From positions 94,710-158,709 of IMG/VR virus record IMGVR_UViG_3300021399_000109: a stretch of 64,000 nucleotides of DNA. One strand, 5' to 3'. Source of the DNA: a virus. Lineage: Duplodnaviria > Heunggongvirae > Uroviricota > Caudoviricetes. Shown in pieces: positions 1 through 8,785 of this stretch. Made by a program: the position numbers and the translations under genes. How positions within the stretch are numbered: position 1 is the stretch's first letter; every line of letters begins with the position of its first letter. Below the pieces are notes generated by a model. That model ran no database searches. It was not told the DNA's origin and worked only from the letters and a program-made list of their open reading frames with translations.

Positions 1-1
1 A

Positions 2-193
2 AGTGAATGTATCAAATTTTACAACTTAATTATTGAAGCTAACGGCAGACCTACAAGAAATGTTTTGAATAAAAATTTTCCTGTAGCTAAAGCCACAGAA
101 CTTTCCAGAGGTTTAAATATTGGAAAAATGGCAGTTGTAACAGATGAACAGCTTGTTTCCATGGCAAAAAAAACACTTGAAATTTTTGCCTAA
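2..193 (+). CDS. hypothetical protein, 3' end of a gene that starts upstream of the window
   Basis: Frame is open from the window edge to TAA at 191-193. A rho-independent terminator follows at 201-231. Confidence 0.4.
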   Translation, partial: SECIKFYNLIIEANGRPTRNVLNKNFPVAKATELSRGLNIGKMAVVTDEQLVSMAKKTLEIFA

Positions 194-200
194 TAAAAAA

Positions 201-231
201 AGAACAGAGATTTAATCTCTGTTCTTTTTTT
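201..231 (+). terminator. rho-independent terminator
   Basis: AGAACAGAGATTTAATCTCTGTTCT followed by T7. Confidence 0.7.
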
Positions 232-247
232 ATCTGATTTTTTTTTA

Positions 248-412
248 AGTTGTTAAAAACAATAAAAAATAACAGGGAAACAAAAAGTTTTTAACAACTT
301 AAATTTCAAAAACTGAAACGGATATTTTTAATAAAAAAATCAGTTGTTAAAAACTTTTATTTATTATTTTAGTTGTTAAAAACAAATAAAAAACATAAAG
401 TTTTTAACAACT
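248..412. repeat. intergenic cluster of the 13-nt motif AGTTGTTAAAAAC and its complement GTTTTTAACAACT (5 copies, alternating orientation)
   Basis: Copies at 248, 287(rc), 342, 371 and 400(rc). Confidence 0.85.
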
Positions 413-463
413 AAAATATTATAAGTGCCACAAAAAAAAGTTAAAAAAAATAAAAAAAAGGCA

Positions 464-492
464 TTGACAATTAAATAAAAATAAGATACAAT
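464..492 (+). promoter_or_regulatory. sigma70-type promoter (TTGACA-17-TACAAT), first of a tandem pair
   Basis: TTGACA at 464-469, 17-bp spacer, TACAAT at 487-492. A-tract upstream. Confidence 0.6.
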
Positions 493-582
493 AAGGACAA
501 CAACAAAAGAGAGCCACTTATTAGGTATCTTGCTTAGGGTCTCTGCTCAGGTGAGGTGCTTAAAAAAAAGTAAAAAAAACTC

Positions 583-611
583 TTGACAACTGAATCATGG
601 TTTGATACAAT
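583..611 (+). promoter_or_regulatory. sigma70-type promoter
   Basis: TTGACA at 583-588, 17-bp spacer, TACAAT at 606-611. Drives the gene at 664. Confidence 0.6.
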
Positions 612-663
612 CAAATCATCAAAAGAAACAAAAAAACAGAAAAACAGAAAAGGAGAAAAAAAC

Positions 664-915
664 ATGAATAACACTTTTAATTTACAGCCCTGTGATTCTC
701 ACAAATCTTTTTACGGAAAAGCTGTAGTTATTACAGAAAACAACAGCAAGTTTTTAAGAAGCTATAACACAATCGTTTGTCACATTGACGAGAACAACAA
801 TTTTATTAAGGATTGGTACGGCTATAGCGCAACCACTATGAGACATATTAACAGCTTTAGGGAATATTACGGATTCCCGAAAATGAGCAAAAAGGAATGG
901 GAAAATATGGAATAA
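664..915 (+). CDS. hypothetical early protein (83 aa)
   Basis: ATG preceded by AAAGGAGAAAAAAACATG. The ORF-track start at 583 lies inside the promoter, so the internal ATG is chosen. Confidence 0.55.
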   Translation: MNNTFNLQPCDSHKSFYGKAVVITENNSKFLRSYNTIVCHIDENNNFIKDWYGYSATTMRHINSFREYYGFPKMSKKEWENME

Positions 916-920
916 AAAAA

Positions 921-954
921 AAGAGGGGAACGAAAGTTTCCCCCCTTTTTTTTA
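921..954 (+). terminator. rho-independent terminator
   Basis: GGGGAACGAAAGTTTCCCC followed by T9. Confidence 0.7.
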
Positions 955-970
955 TTTTTTTATATTTTTC

Positions 971-1115
971 AGTTGTTAAAAACTAAAAAATATTTTTTCA
1001 ATTGTTGAAAACAATAAAACAACTATAAACAATAAAAGTTTTTAACAACTAATTTTTTAAATAAAAATTGTTTTTAACAACTTAAAAACAAAATCAAAAT
1101 CAAGTTGTTAAAAAC
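971..1115. repeat. same motif family, 5 copies
   Basis: Copies at 971, 1000 (variant AATTGTTGAAAAC), 1038(rc), 1070(rc) and 1103. Confidence 0.85.
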
Positions 1116-1229
1116 AATCCCTAATAAAATATTTAAAAAATAAAAAAAATATATATTGACAGTTAAAATAAAATATGATACCATACAATTACAAAATCAA
1201 TAAAACAAATAAAAACAAAGGAGAATACA

Positions 1230-1445
1230 ATGTTACAACTAAAAAGGTATATGAGAGAATATGCAACTGATATTTTAAAAGAAAAAAGAGAAAAAGCGGA
1301 AAAATGGGAAGACTGCCAATTTAATGAAGAAAAAGTATTATCTGAAATTTATCGTTGCTTTTCTTTATATGAATTAGGTTTAATCAGAAATATTGATGTA
1401 ATGAACAAATTAACAGAATTGGCAGAAGAAGACCAAATAAAATAA
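1230..1445 (+). CDS. hypothetical early protein (71 aa)
   Basis: RBS AAAGGAGAATACAATG. Promoter at 1156-1184 upstream. Confidence 0.5.
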   Translation: MLQLKRYMREYATDILKEKREKAEKWEDCQFNEEKVLSEIYRCFSLYELGLIRNIDVMNKLTELAEEDQIK

Positions 1446-1470
1446 TTTAAAAAAAATAAAAAAAAAGGTA

Positions 1471-1499
1471 TTGACAAATAAAAATAAATAATGTAACAT
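1471..1499 (+). promoter_or_regulatory. sigma70-type promoter
   Basis: TTGACA, 17-bp spacer, TAACAT. Confidence 0.55.
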
Positions 1500-1552
1500 A
1501 AAAGCATAGAAAACAACAACACAACAACAAACAACACAAAAGGAGAAAAAAC

Positions 1553-1726
1553 ATGAGAAATCATAAAACTGTAACTGCTATTGATTACACTGTAACCATT
1601 GAAGAGTATGACGCTATGAAAAATAATGTAGCTAACATGGTAAGAAAAGCTATTCAGAGAAAGGACGAAAAAATGTTCTTTAATTCCAGTAAGGAATACT
1701 ATAGAAGATATAAAAAAGAAGCCTAA
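1553..1726 (+). CDS. hypothetical small protein (57 aa)
   Basis: RBS AAAGGAGAAAAAACATG, identical to other early genes. Promoter at 1471-1499. Below the ORF-track length cutoff. Confidence 0.45.
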   Translation: MRNHKTVTAIDYTVTIEEYDAMKNNVANMVRKAIQRKDEKMFFNSSKEYYRRYKKEA

Positions 1727-1761
1727 AATCAAAATCTAAAACATAAAAAAGGGGATAAACC

Positions 1762-1926
1762 ATGAAAGAAACAAAAGAGCTGAAAGAATACAGAAGAAAC
1801 GCAAAAACTGTAGCTAAAGACTTTGGCTATGACGAAATTATGCCAGATGTAATTAAAAGAATTAATCAGGCAAAAACAGAATCAGAAATTAGCAGAATTT
1901 TAGCCACTTGTAGAAAAAAGTGGTAA
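1762..1926 (+). CDS. hypothetical small protein (54 aa)
   Basis: RBS AAAAGGGGATAAACCATG. Followed by terminator at 1934-1968. Confidence 0.4.
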   Translation: MKETKELKEYRRNAKTVAKDFGYDEIMPDVIKRINQAKTESEISRILATCRKKW

Positions 1927-1933
1927 GGGCTAC

Positions 1934-1968
1934 GAAAACAGGAAAGATAAATCTTTCCTGTTTTTTTT
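1934..1968 (+). terminator. rho-independent terminator
   Basis: ACAGGAAAGATAAATCTTTCCTGT followed by T8. Confidence 0.7.
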
Positions 1969-1988
1969 ATTTATCTTGCGCATTTTAA

Positions 1989-2160
1989 GTTTTTAACAAC
2001 TGAAAAAATAATAATAAAAAAAATTCAGTTGTTAAAAACAATAAATAATCTAAAATTGTTTTTGACAACTAAAAAAAAATATTTCAGTTGTCAAAAACAA
2101 AAAAATATATATAGTTTTCAACAACTGAAAAAATATAGAAAAATATCAGTTGTTAAAAAC
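1989..2160. repeat. same motif family, 6 copies including G/C variants
   Basis: Copies at 1989(rc), 2027, 2057(rc variant), 2084 (variant), 2114(rc variant) and 2148. Confidence 0.85.
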
Positions 2161-2259
2161 AATTAACATAAAATAAATAAAAAAAAATAGTTGACGAATT
2201 GAATAAAGTATGATATTATTTAATTACAGTAAATAATGCAATTCAAAAGGAGATTAACC

Positions 2260-2550
2260 ATGATTTTTTATGAAGGAATAGACCGTCAGATTTATACAGA
2301 TAAAGAATGTACAAAAGAAATTACAAAAGGTTTTAAAGATAATGACGTTTTAATGCTTAGATATATGCCTTTTGCCGTATATGATGAATTTATTGGATTT
2401 TGTTATCCTATTTTAAAATCCTTATTTATGAATTGTAAGTGGTGGAACGTTTATATTAATGATAACAAAGATTTAGTATTGTACAATGAAGATATGGGAG
2501 AAGAAAATTTTTATTTTTTAAAAGATTTAAAAATAACGCTTGACAATTAA
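2260..2550 (+). CDS. hypothetical early protein
   Basis: RBS CAAAAGGAGATTAACCATG. Internal ATG of the ORF-track frame is chosen. Confidence 0.5.
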   Translation: MIFYEGIDRQIYTDKECTKEITKGFKDNDVLMLRYMPFAVYDEFIGFCYPILKSLFMNCKWWNVYINDNKDLVLYNEDMGEENFYFLKDLKITLDN

Positions 2551-2568
2551 ATAAAATTATTATATTAT
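2540..2568 (+). promoter_or_regulatory. sigma70-type promoter
   Basis: TTGACA, 17-bp spacer, TATTAT. Confidence 0.55.
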
Positions 2569-2617
2569 TAAGATACAAACAACAAATAAATTCTTTCAAA
2601 AAAAAGGAGATAAAAAA

Positions 2618-2893
2618 ATGACAGGATTTACTTTTAGATTAGGAAGAAAAGATGTTTTTGTAGAAACTACAGCAAAAAACAAAACAAAAAAATTAGCAGA
2701 AAAAATTCTCTATAAATTAGAGTTGCCAGTAAATCCTGATACAATTAGCGAGGTGCTTTACTGGTTAATGAAAGCTAATTGTGAGATTAAAACGCTCAAT
2801 AATGGCAGACAGTATTATGATATTTATGGAAACAATTTTGGAGGATACGGCAGTTTTCTTGATGACGGTATGACCATTTTAATAAAAGTATAA
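2618..2893 (+). CDS. hypothetical early protein
   Basis: RBS AAAAAGGAGATAAAAAAATG. Terminator follows at 2898-2927. Confidence 0.5.
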   Translation: MTGFTFRLGRKDVFVETTAKNKTKKLAEKILYKLELPVNPDTISEVLYWLMKANCEIKTLNNGRQYYDIYGNNFGGYGSFLDDGMTILIKV

Positions 2894-2940
2894 ATAAAAA
2901 AGGGGAAACCCTTTTTTATTTTTTTATATTTTATTATTTC

Positions 2941-3017
2941 AATTGTTAAAAACAATAATTAATCAATAATAGTTTTTAACAATTAAAAAAAATAAATAAA
3001 AAACAAGTTGTTAAAAA
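2941..3017. repeat. same motif family, 3 copies
   Basis: Copies at 2941, 2972(rc) and 3005. Confidence 0.8.
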
Positions 3018-3137
3018 CAATATTTTAAAACAAAAAATTTTTTAAAAAAAATAAAAAAAGTATTGACAATTAAATAAAACTGTTATATCATTAAAATACA
3101 AAAAAAACAACAAACAATAAACAAAAGGAGAAAAAAC

Positions 3138-3647
3138 ATGGTAAAACTTACAGTTAATGAAATGATTCTGAAAACCATTAGCACAAAACTTAATAAAGAG
3201 CCTAAATATAAAGAGATTCTTGAGACTATGGGATATACAATTTATGATTCAACATGGAGTGGCTATAATAATTGGACTGTTAGGAATGAAAAAACTAATA
3301 GGGAAATTGTTTTTAGCAGAGGATATGACGGTAGAAAACGTTTATATGATGGTTCTCGTAATATTAAAACTTATGATTTTAAAAAAGTAGATTATGCAGG
3401 ATATTTAAATTGTAAAAGAAAACCTTATAATCCATATTCTTCCACAAAAGAAAATAAATATTCAAAACTTAGATATGGTCTTAAACATACAAAAGAAATG
3501 ATTCAAATGGATAATAGATGTATTGAAAGTATTCAAAGTAAAATTGATAAATTATCTGACCGTTTAAATCATGAAATAGAGTGCAGAAATGAACGATTTA
3601 AACATTTAGAGAAAATTAGAAAAGAAATTAAGGAATTAAAAAAATAA
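3138..3647 (+). CDS. hypothetical early protein (169 aa, basic)
   Basis: RBS AAAAGGAGAAAAAACATG. Promoter at 3063-3091. Terminator at 3655-3686. Confidence 0.55.
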   Translation: MVKLTVNEMILKTISTKLNKEPKYKEILETMGYTIYDSTWSGYNNWTVRNEKTNREIVFSRGYDGRKRLYDGSRNIKTYDFKKVDYAGYLNCKRKPYNPYSSTKENKYSKLRYGLKHTKEMIQMDNRCIESIQSKIDKLSDRLNHEIECRNERFKHLEKIRKEIKELKK

Positions 3648-3654
3648 ACGATAA

Positions 3655-3686
3655 AAAAACAGGAAATATTTTCCTGTTTTTTTTAT
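3655..3686 (+). terminator. rho-independent terminator
   Basis: ACAGGAAATATTTTCCTGT followed by T8. Confidence 0.7.
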
Positions 3687-3702
3687 AAATGGAATTAATT
3701 AT

Positions 3703-3831
3703 TTTTAACAACTAAAAAAATAATTTTAGTTGTTAAAAATAATTCTTTAACTAATTGTTTTTAACAATTAAAATTATTAAAAAACATTGTTTTTGACAAC
3801 TTAAAAAAATAATATTTTAATTGTTAAAAAC
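3703..3831. repeat. same motif family, 5 copies
   Basis: Copies at 3703(rc), 3728, 3757(rc), 3790(rc variant) and 3819. Confidence 0.8.
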
Positions 3832-3956
3832 TTAAAAATTATTAACTAATTTAATATAAAATAAATTAAAAAAATACTTGACAGAAAAATATATATATGA
3901 TATATTTAATACAGATAAAACAAAAACACAAACAAACAACGAAGGGAGAAAAACAT

Positions 3957-4514
3957 ATGTCAAGATTAGAAAACGTTATCAATCAGGTTAAGGATTTTCG
4001 TAATGATTCAACCGCATGGATTTTTGATAATAACGGTAATATTTCTGAGGATGTAATTTGTGGAGATATTCTGCCTGTTTTGGAAGAATTAAAAGATTAT
4101 GAAATCAATGTATCCGATGAATGGATTAATGATTTTAGAATAAAAGCTTATAAAAAAGGAAAGGGATATAATACTTATAACAATAATGCCAATATTTCTA
4201 ATGATATTAATATTGATTATCTTTACACGAAAAATAATGAATGTATCCTTCTTATTATGATACATTTAGTAGGCGATATTAGAGCAGGATATTCTGATTA
4301 TTTTGCCGTAAAATTTGAATGTATTGAAGAATTTTTTAGTCTGGAATGTTTTTATCAGTACATTGATATTAATGATAAATACTGTGCTGATATTAATTTA
4401 TTAAGTGAAATGTATACAGTTTATGACATTGTTAATGGAATAGAAATTGGTGAATTTTACGAAATAGAAAAAACTGATTTATTAGAATCAATTAAAGAGA
4501 GAATCGCATCATAA
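3957..4514 (+). CDS. hypothetical early protein
   Basis: RBS GAAGGGAGAAAAACATATG. Internal start chosen because the ORF-track start sits in the promoter. Confidence 0.55.
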   Translation: MSRLENVINQVKDFRNDSTAWIFDNNGNISEDVICGDILPVLEELKDYEINVSDEWINDFRIKAYKKGKGYNTYNNNANISNDINIDYLYTKNNECILLIMIHLVGDIRAGYSDYFAVKFECIEEFFSLECFYQYIDINDKYCADINLLSEMYTVYDIVNGIEIGEFYEIEKTDLLESIKERIAS

Positions 4515-4521
4515 TATTGAT

Positions 4522-4556
4522 AAAAAAGGAACAGATTAAAATCTGTTCCTTTTTTT
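4522..4556 (+). terminator. rho-independent terminator
   Basis: GGAACAGATTAAAATCTGTTCC followed by T7. Confidence 0.7.
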
Positions 4557-4571
4557 ATTAATATTTTTTTC

Positions 4572-4686
4572 AGTTGTTAAAAACAATAAATATATATAAA
4601 GTTTTTAACAATTAAAAAAATATAAAAAACAAAAATAAGTTGTTAAAAACAATTTAATAGTAGATAGAATTTCAATTGTTAAAAAC
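4572..4686. repeat. same motif family, 4 copies
   Basis: Copies at 4572, 4601(rc), 4637 and 4674. Confidence 0.8.
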
Positions 4687-4724
4687 AATAAAAAAAAATA
4701 TAAAAAAAAATTTTTTATATTTAC

Positions 4725-4753
4725 TTGACAAATAAAAATTGATAAGATATAAT
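4725..4753 (+). promoter_or_regulatory. sigma70-type promoter (perfect consensus)
   Basis: TTGACA, 17-bp spacer, TATAAT. Confidence 0.65.
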
Positions 4754-4810
4754 AAAGTCAACAACAAAAAACAACAATAAATCAACTAAATTAAAAAAAG
4801 GAGAAAAAAC

Positions 4811-5413
4811 ATGAGAACAATTACAGAAACAATTACAACTGTAGTTTATAATTTTAATGAGTTGTCAGACAATGCAAAAGAAAAAGTTAGAGAACAGTAT
4901 TTAAACGGACAAGATGCTGAATTTTTTTATGAGGATTCTATGGCTTATATTAATGAATTATTCCCGAATAGTAAATTAGATATTCAGTTTTCTTTAGGAT
5001 ATTGTCAGGGAGATGGATTTAATATTTATGGAGAAATTTCTTTTTTTGATTTAATGAAAAATTTAAAAGACAAATTTACAGAAAAAGAAAAAAGATTCCT
5101 TGAATGGGCTTTTAATGAATCAGGGATTAATTCTTATACAATGCAAATGAATAACCATTATTGCTATTGTAACGCATTTTTGCACGAGTTTACAGAAGAT
5201 GTTTTTTATGAATTAGATTATTATAGAATGAAAAACATCAAAAAAGATATATTAGATAAATTTAATACAGAAGCCAGATATTATATTGGACATATCTGTA
5301 AAGAATTTGAAAATGATGGTTATGATTATTTTTATGAAATATCCAATGAGGAATTAGAAGATTGGGCTGATGCCAATGAATATGAATTTACAGAAGATGG
5401 TAACATTTATTAA
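4811..5413 (+). CDS. hypothetical early protein, paralog of 6908-7513
   Basis: Same length and shared blocks (TVYNxxELS, LxxQFSxxY, NIYG, C-terminal YEFxExGxIY) with the 201-aa ORF at 6908. Confidence 0.6.
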   Translation: MRTITETITTVVYNFNELSDNAKEKVREQYLNGQDAEFFYEDSMAYINELFPNSKLDIQFSLGYCQGDGFNIYGEISFFDLMKNLKDKFTEKEKRFLEWAFNESGINSYTMQMNNHYCYCNAFLHEFTEDVFYELDYYRMKNIKKDILDKFNTEARYYIGHICKEFENDGYDYFYEISNEELEDWADANEYEFTEDGNIY

Positions 5414-5466
5414 TAAAAAACGGGTAGATTTTATCTACCCGTTTATTTTTATATATTGAAATTATT

Positions 5467-5546
5467 GTTTTTGACAACTAATATTTTTGTGGTTTTAATT
5501 GAATTGTTTTTAACAACTAAAAAAAATATATTGAGTTGTTAAAAAC
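5467..5546. repeat. same motif family, 3 copies
   Basis: Copies at 5467(rc variant), 5506(rc) and 5534. Confidence 0.8.
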
Positions 5547-5674
5547 AATTTATTTATAAAGAAAAATAAATTTAAAAATAATTTAAATTATAGTTGACAA
5601 ATAGTTTTTTATATGATATGATTACTACAGTTCAAAAAGAACAGCAACAAACAATTGCAAAAGGAGGAAAAAAT

Positions 5675-5935
5675 ATGAGAATCACAACAGAAATTAATAG
5701 TATTGCAAATTTTGAAGCATGGAGCGGTGGAGCAGATACTTTAAACAAAATAATTGATTTAGGGTATGAATACATAGATATGCTTGATGAATTAGCAGAG
5801 ATAACGTTTGAAGGTGAATGTACAGATACAGAATTAAATGATTGGCTTTGGTTTGATAGTGATTCTATTTATGAATATCTCGGACTTGATGAAGACGGAA
5901 ATATTCCAGATGAGGAAGAAGATGAGGAATGGTAA
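5675..5935 (+). CDS. small highly acidic protein
   Basis: RBS AAAAGGAGGAAAAAATATG. Asp/Glu-rich C-terminus (DEDGNIPDEEEDEEW). Confidence 0.45.
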   Translation: MRITTEINSIANFEAWSGGADTLNKIIDLGYEYIDMLDELAEITFEGECTDTELNDWLWFDSDSIYEYLGLDEDGNIPDEEEDEEW

Positions 5936-6330
5936 TGAGAAACAATATAAAAAAACCGTTTAAAAGAAATTTAAAAATGTATAGAAATTATGTTTGCCCT
6001 TTTTGTTTTAATCAGATAAATAAATGTACCTGTGAAATCTATCCGCCATATACATTAATTTTAATAGATGAAAACATGCAGGAAGTTATTAAAAAATTAA
6101 ATGAAAAGGGATATAAAACAAGATATTCTTGTGAAAGTCATTATGAATATACTTATAATATTTATATTAAATTTTGGAGAAGATATATCTTTAAAAACTT
6201 ACCAGAAGGCTTTATTTATAAAGATAATACAATCGAACATATAATAAAAAATTTTAAGAATGAAAAAGATTTTAATCAGGAAAAAGAAAAATATTTAGAT
6301 ATTTTAAAAGAATGGGTCAACACATTATAA
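5929..6330 (+). CDS. hypothetical Cys-cluster protein
   Basis: Overlaps the upstream stop. N-terminal CPFC...CTC cluster. Confidence 0.45.
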   Translation: MVMRNNIKKPFKRNLKMYRNYVCPFCFNQINKCTCEIYPPYTLILIDENMQEVIKKLNEKGYKTRYSCESHYEYTYNIYIKFWRRYIFKNLPEGFIYKDNTIEHIIKNFKNEKDFNQEKEKYLDILKEWVNTL

Positions 6331-6403
6331 TACCACAATATAAAAAATAAAACAGAAATATTTTTAATGTTTCTGTTTTATTTTTTTATTATGCAAAAAA
6401 TTA

Positions 6404-6447
6404 AGTTGTTAAAAACAATTTTTTTATTATTAATTGTTTTTAACAAC
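6404..6447. repeat. same motif family, 2 copies forming an inverted pair
   Basis: Copies at 6404 and 6435(rc). Confidence 0.8.
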
Positions 6448-6486
6448 TAATAATTTTAAAAAAAATAAAAAATATTTAAAATCCTA

Positions 6487-6515
6487 TTGACATAATAATA
6501 AATATCTGATATAAT
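6487..6515 (+). promoter_or_regulatory. sigma70-type promoter (perfect consensus)
   Basis: TTGACA, 17-bp spacer, TATAAT. Confidence 0.65.
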
Positions 6516-6561
6516 ACAATCAAATAAAAAAATATTAATTACAAATTACAAAGGAGAAAAA

Positions 6562-6816
6562 ATGCAGAAAAAAGAATATTGTTATAAAATTATTACAAAA
6601 ACAGAAAAAATTTTTTATATTGGTTGTCCTTTTGGCTTATACCATGTTTTTGTAACTAATAAAAATCATACGGAGAATTATAGTCTTTATGGTGGTTATA
6701 AAAATTTAGGAACGGCATCAAATAAAATGTTAAACACTATTGACAAAAATGATATTATTAGTTATTATTATGCTACTAAAGAATTAATTCTTAAAAACGG
6801 TGCATTTGGAATGTAA
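6562..6816 (+). CDS. hypothetical protein
   Basis: RBS CAAAGGAGAAAAAATG. Promoter at 6487-6515. Confidence 0.4.
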   Translation: MQKKEYCYKIITKTEKIFYIGCPFGLYHVFVTNKNHTENYSLYGGYKNLGTASNKMLNTIDKNDIISYYYATKELILKNGAFGM

Positions 6817-6907
6817 AAAAAATTATAAAAAAGTATTGACATTTTATAAAAAGAATAGTATAATAACATTAAAGTTAAATAAAACAAAAAACAGGAAGGG
6901 ATAATAA

Positions 6908-7513
6908 ATGAAAACAATCACAAAAATCATTAAAATCACAGTTTACAATTACGATGAATTATCAACAGAAGCTAAAAAAAACGTAGAAACACTTTATCTT
7001 AATAGTTTAAATCCAATTGGTTTTAAGGGAATATGGGAAGGAGGATTAGAAGCCTGTTTTCCTCATAGCGATTTAAATCTCCAGTTTTCTTTTAATTATG
7101 ATAAAGAAGATGGGGCTAATATTTATGGAAGAATTTCTTATAAAGATTTAATTGCCTTTTTTAGAGATTCTTTTACAGAAAAAGAAATGTCAATAATAGA
7201 GCGAACTATTCAAAAATCTAATATAAATTCTTGCATAATGGAAGAAAATATTTATGGAAATTATTGCGTCATGCACTGGAATAATTTTATTTGTGATATT
7301 GTAGATGAATTATATCCAGAAGATAATGCTCCAGAAGATGTATTAAACATATTATTTAAATTTAACAATAAAATTAAAAATTACTTTTATACACTTTGTG
7401 ATAATATTAAAACAGCAGGATATAAATATTTTTACGAAGTCAATGAAGAAAAGATAAAAAATTGGATTGATACTAATAAATATGAATTTTTAGAAAATGG
7501 AGATATTTATTAA
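6908..7513 (+). CDS. hypothetical early protein, paralog of 4811-5413
   Basis: Paralogy to 4811-5413. RBS CAGGAAGGGATAATAAATG. Promoter at 6836-6864. Confidence 0.6.
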   Translation: MKTITKIIKITVYNYDELSTEAKKNVETLYLNSLNPIGFKGIWEGGLEACFPHSDLNLQFSFNYDKEDGANIYGRISYKDLIAFFRDSFTEKEMSIIERTIQKSNINSCIMEENIYGNYCVMHWNNFICDIVDELYPEDNAPEDVLNILFKFNNKIKNYFYTLCDNIKTAGYKYFYEVNEEKIKNWIDTNKYEFLENGDIY

Positions 7514-7570
7514 TTCAATCAATAAAAGGCAAATGAAAATTTGCCTTTTATTTTATTTATTTTTTAATTA

Positions 7571-7642
7571 TTTTTAACAACTTAAAAAATAAATAAAATC
7601 AGTTGTTAAAAACAATTATTTTTTAAATAGTTTTTAACAACT
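7571..7642. repeat. same motif family, 3 copies
   Basis: Copies at 7571(rc), 7601 and 7630(rc). Confidence 0.8.
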
Positions 7643-7667
7643 TAAAAAAAAATAAATAAAAAAACAC

Positions 7668-7696
7668 TTGACAAAATAAAAAAAATAATATATAAT
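7668..7696 (+). promoter_or_regulatory. sigma70-type promoter (perfect consensus)
   Basis: TTGACA, 17-bp spacer, TATAAT. Confidence 0.65.
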
Positions 7697-7752
7697 GCAA
7701 TTGTTCTGAAAACAAATAACTTAAAACATAAAAAAGGAAGAAGGTGATAATA

Positions 7753-8211
7753 ATGTTGTATGTAGCATATGGAAGTAACACAAACTTAGAACAGATGGAA
7801 TTTAGATGTCCAAATTCTACATTAATTGGAAATGGAAAAATTAAAGGATGGAAACTGGTTTTTAATATTCATGCTGACATAGTAAAAGGTAAAAAGACAG
7901 ATGAAGTTCCAGTTGTTATATGGGATATTCATTATAAAGATTGGAAAAATTTAGATACATATGAAGGGTATCCAAAATACTATATCAGAAAGAAAATTAA
8001 AGTCCAGAAAGATTCGGGTAAAGAAATTTTTGCTATAGTCTATGTTATGACAAAAGATAGAAAAGGATTTTCTCCTCCGATGGAAAGATATTTTAATGTA
8101 TGCGAAGCAGGTTATATAGAAAATGGTCTTGATACAAAATATCTTTATGACGCTTTAAGAGATTCTTGGGAAAATGAAACCTTTTATAATCAATATAATC
8201 CTAAATCTTAA
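7753..8211 (+). CDS. gamma-glutamyl cyclotransferase-like (AIG2/GGCT fold) protein
   Basis: N-terminal VAYGSNTNLEQMEFRCP resembles the YGSN motif of GGCT/AIG2-like proteins. Confidence 0.45.
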   Translation: MLYVAYGSNTNLEQMEFRCPNSTLIGNGKIKGWKLVFNIHADIVKGKKTDEVPVVIWDIHYKDWKNLDTYEGYPKYYIRKKIKVQKDSGKEIFAIVYVMTKDRKGFSPPMERYFNVCEAGYIENGLDTKYLYDALRDSWENETFYNQYNPKS

Positions 8212-8217
8212 TAATAA

Positions 8218-8255
8218 GAGGAAAAGCGGTATTACCGCTTTTCTTTTTTTTATTG
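8218..8255 (+). terminator. rho-independent terminator
   Basis: GAAAAGCGGTATTACCGCTTTTC followed by T8. Confidence 0.7.
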
Positions 8256-8267
8256 TTAATTATTAAA

Positions 8268-8377
8268 GTTTTTAACAACTAAAAAATATTAAAAAATTAG
8301 TTGTTAAAAACAATTTAATTAAAAAATAGTTTTTAACAACTAAAAAAATAAAAATAAAAAAATCAGTTGTTAAAAAC
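8268..8377. repeat. same motif family, 4 copies
   Basis: Copies at 8268(rc), 8300, 8329(rc) and 8365. Confidence 0.8.
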
Positions 8378-8509
8378 AATAAAATATAAAATAAAAAAAT
8401 AAATTAAAAAAAATACTTGACGGAATAAATAAAATGTGATACTATAAGACCATAGAAACAAACAGAAAAAAAACAAATTAATTATTAATTAAAGAAAAAA
8501 AGAAACACT

Positions 8510-8683
8510 ATGAACACATTTGAAATTTATTTTAATGATTTATCTGAAACTTGTCAGCAGGATTTACTGGAAAAATATGGAATTAAAAGCCCTAAAGAAA
8601 TGAATTGGGATATTTTTCCTGTAACAGTTATTGAAATTTATGGAGATGTATATGAAGATATATATAGTACATGTAATCTTTAA
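8510..8683 (+). CDS. hypothetical small protein (57 aa)
   Basis: Intact ORF between promoters 8417-8445 and 8709-8737. RBS is weak. Confidence 0.35.
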   Translation: MNTFEIYFNDLSETCQQDLLEKYGIKSPKEMNWDIFPVTVIEIYGDVYEDIYSTCNL

Positions 8684-8785
8684 ATAAAAAAATAAATTAA
8701 AAAAATAGTTGACAAAATAAATAAAATATGATAATATAAAAGCATAGAAAACAAAAACAAATTAATTAAAGAAAAGGAGAATATT

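Noticed and set aside
583-663. ORF-track start at 583 for the first early gene, and similarly 3897, 5594, 2236, 17320, 45075 and 55024
   Set aside because: These upstream in-frame ATG or GTG codons fall inside the -35/-10 promoter elements or leaders and lack an RBS. Internal ATGs preceded by AAAGGAG-type RBS were used instead.
1349-1732. 127-aa minus-strand ORF overlapping plus-strand genes 1230-1445 and 1553-1726
   Set aside because: It is antisense to well-supported RBS-led genes. It is phenylalanine/isoleucine/leucine-rich, which is what AT-rich antisense translation looks like. No RBS or promoter.
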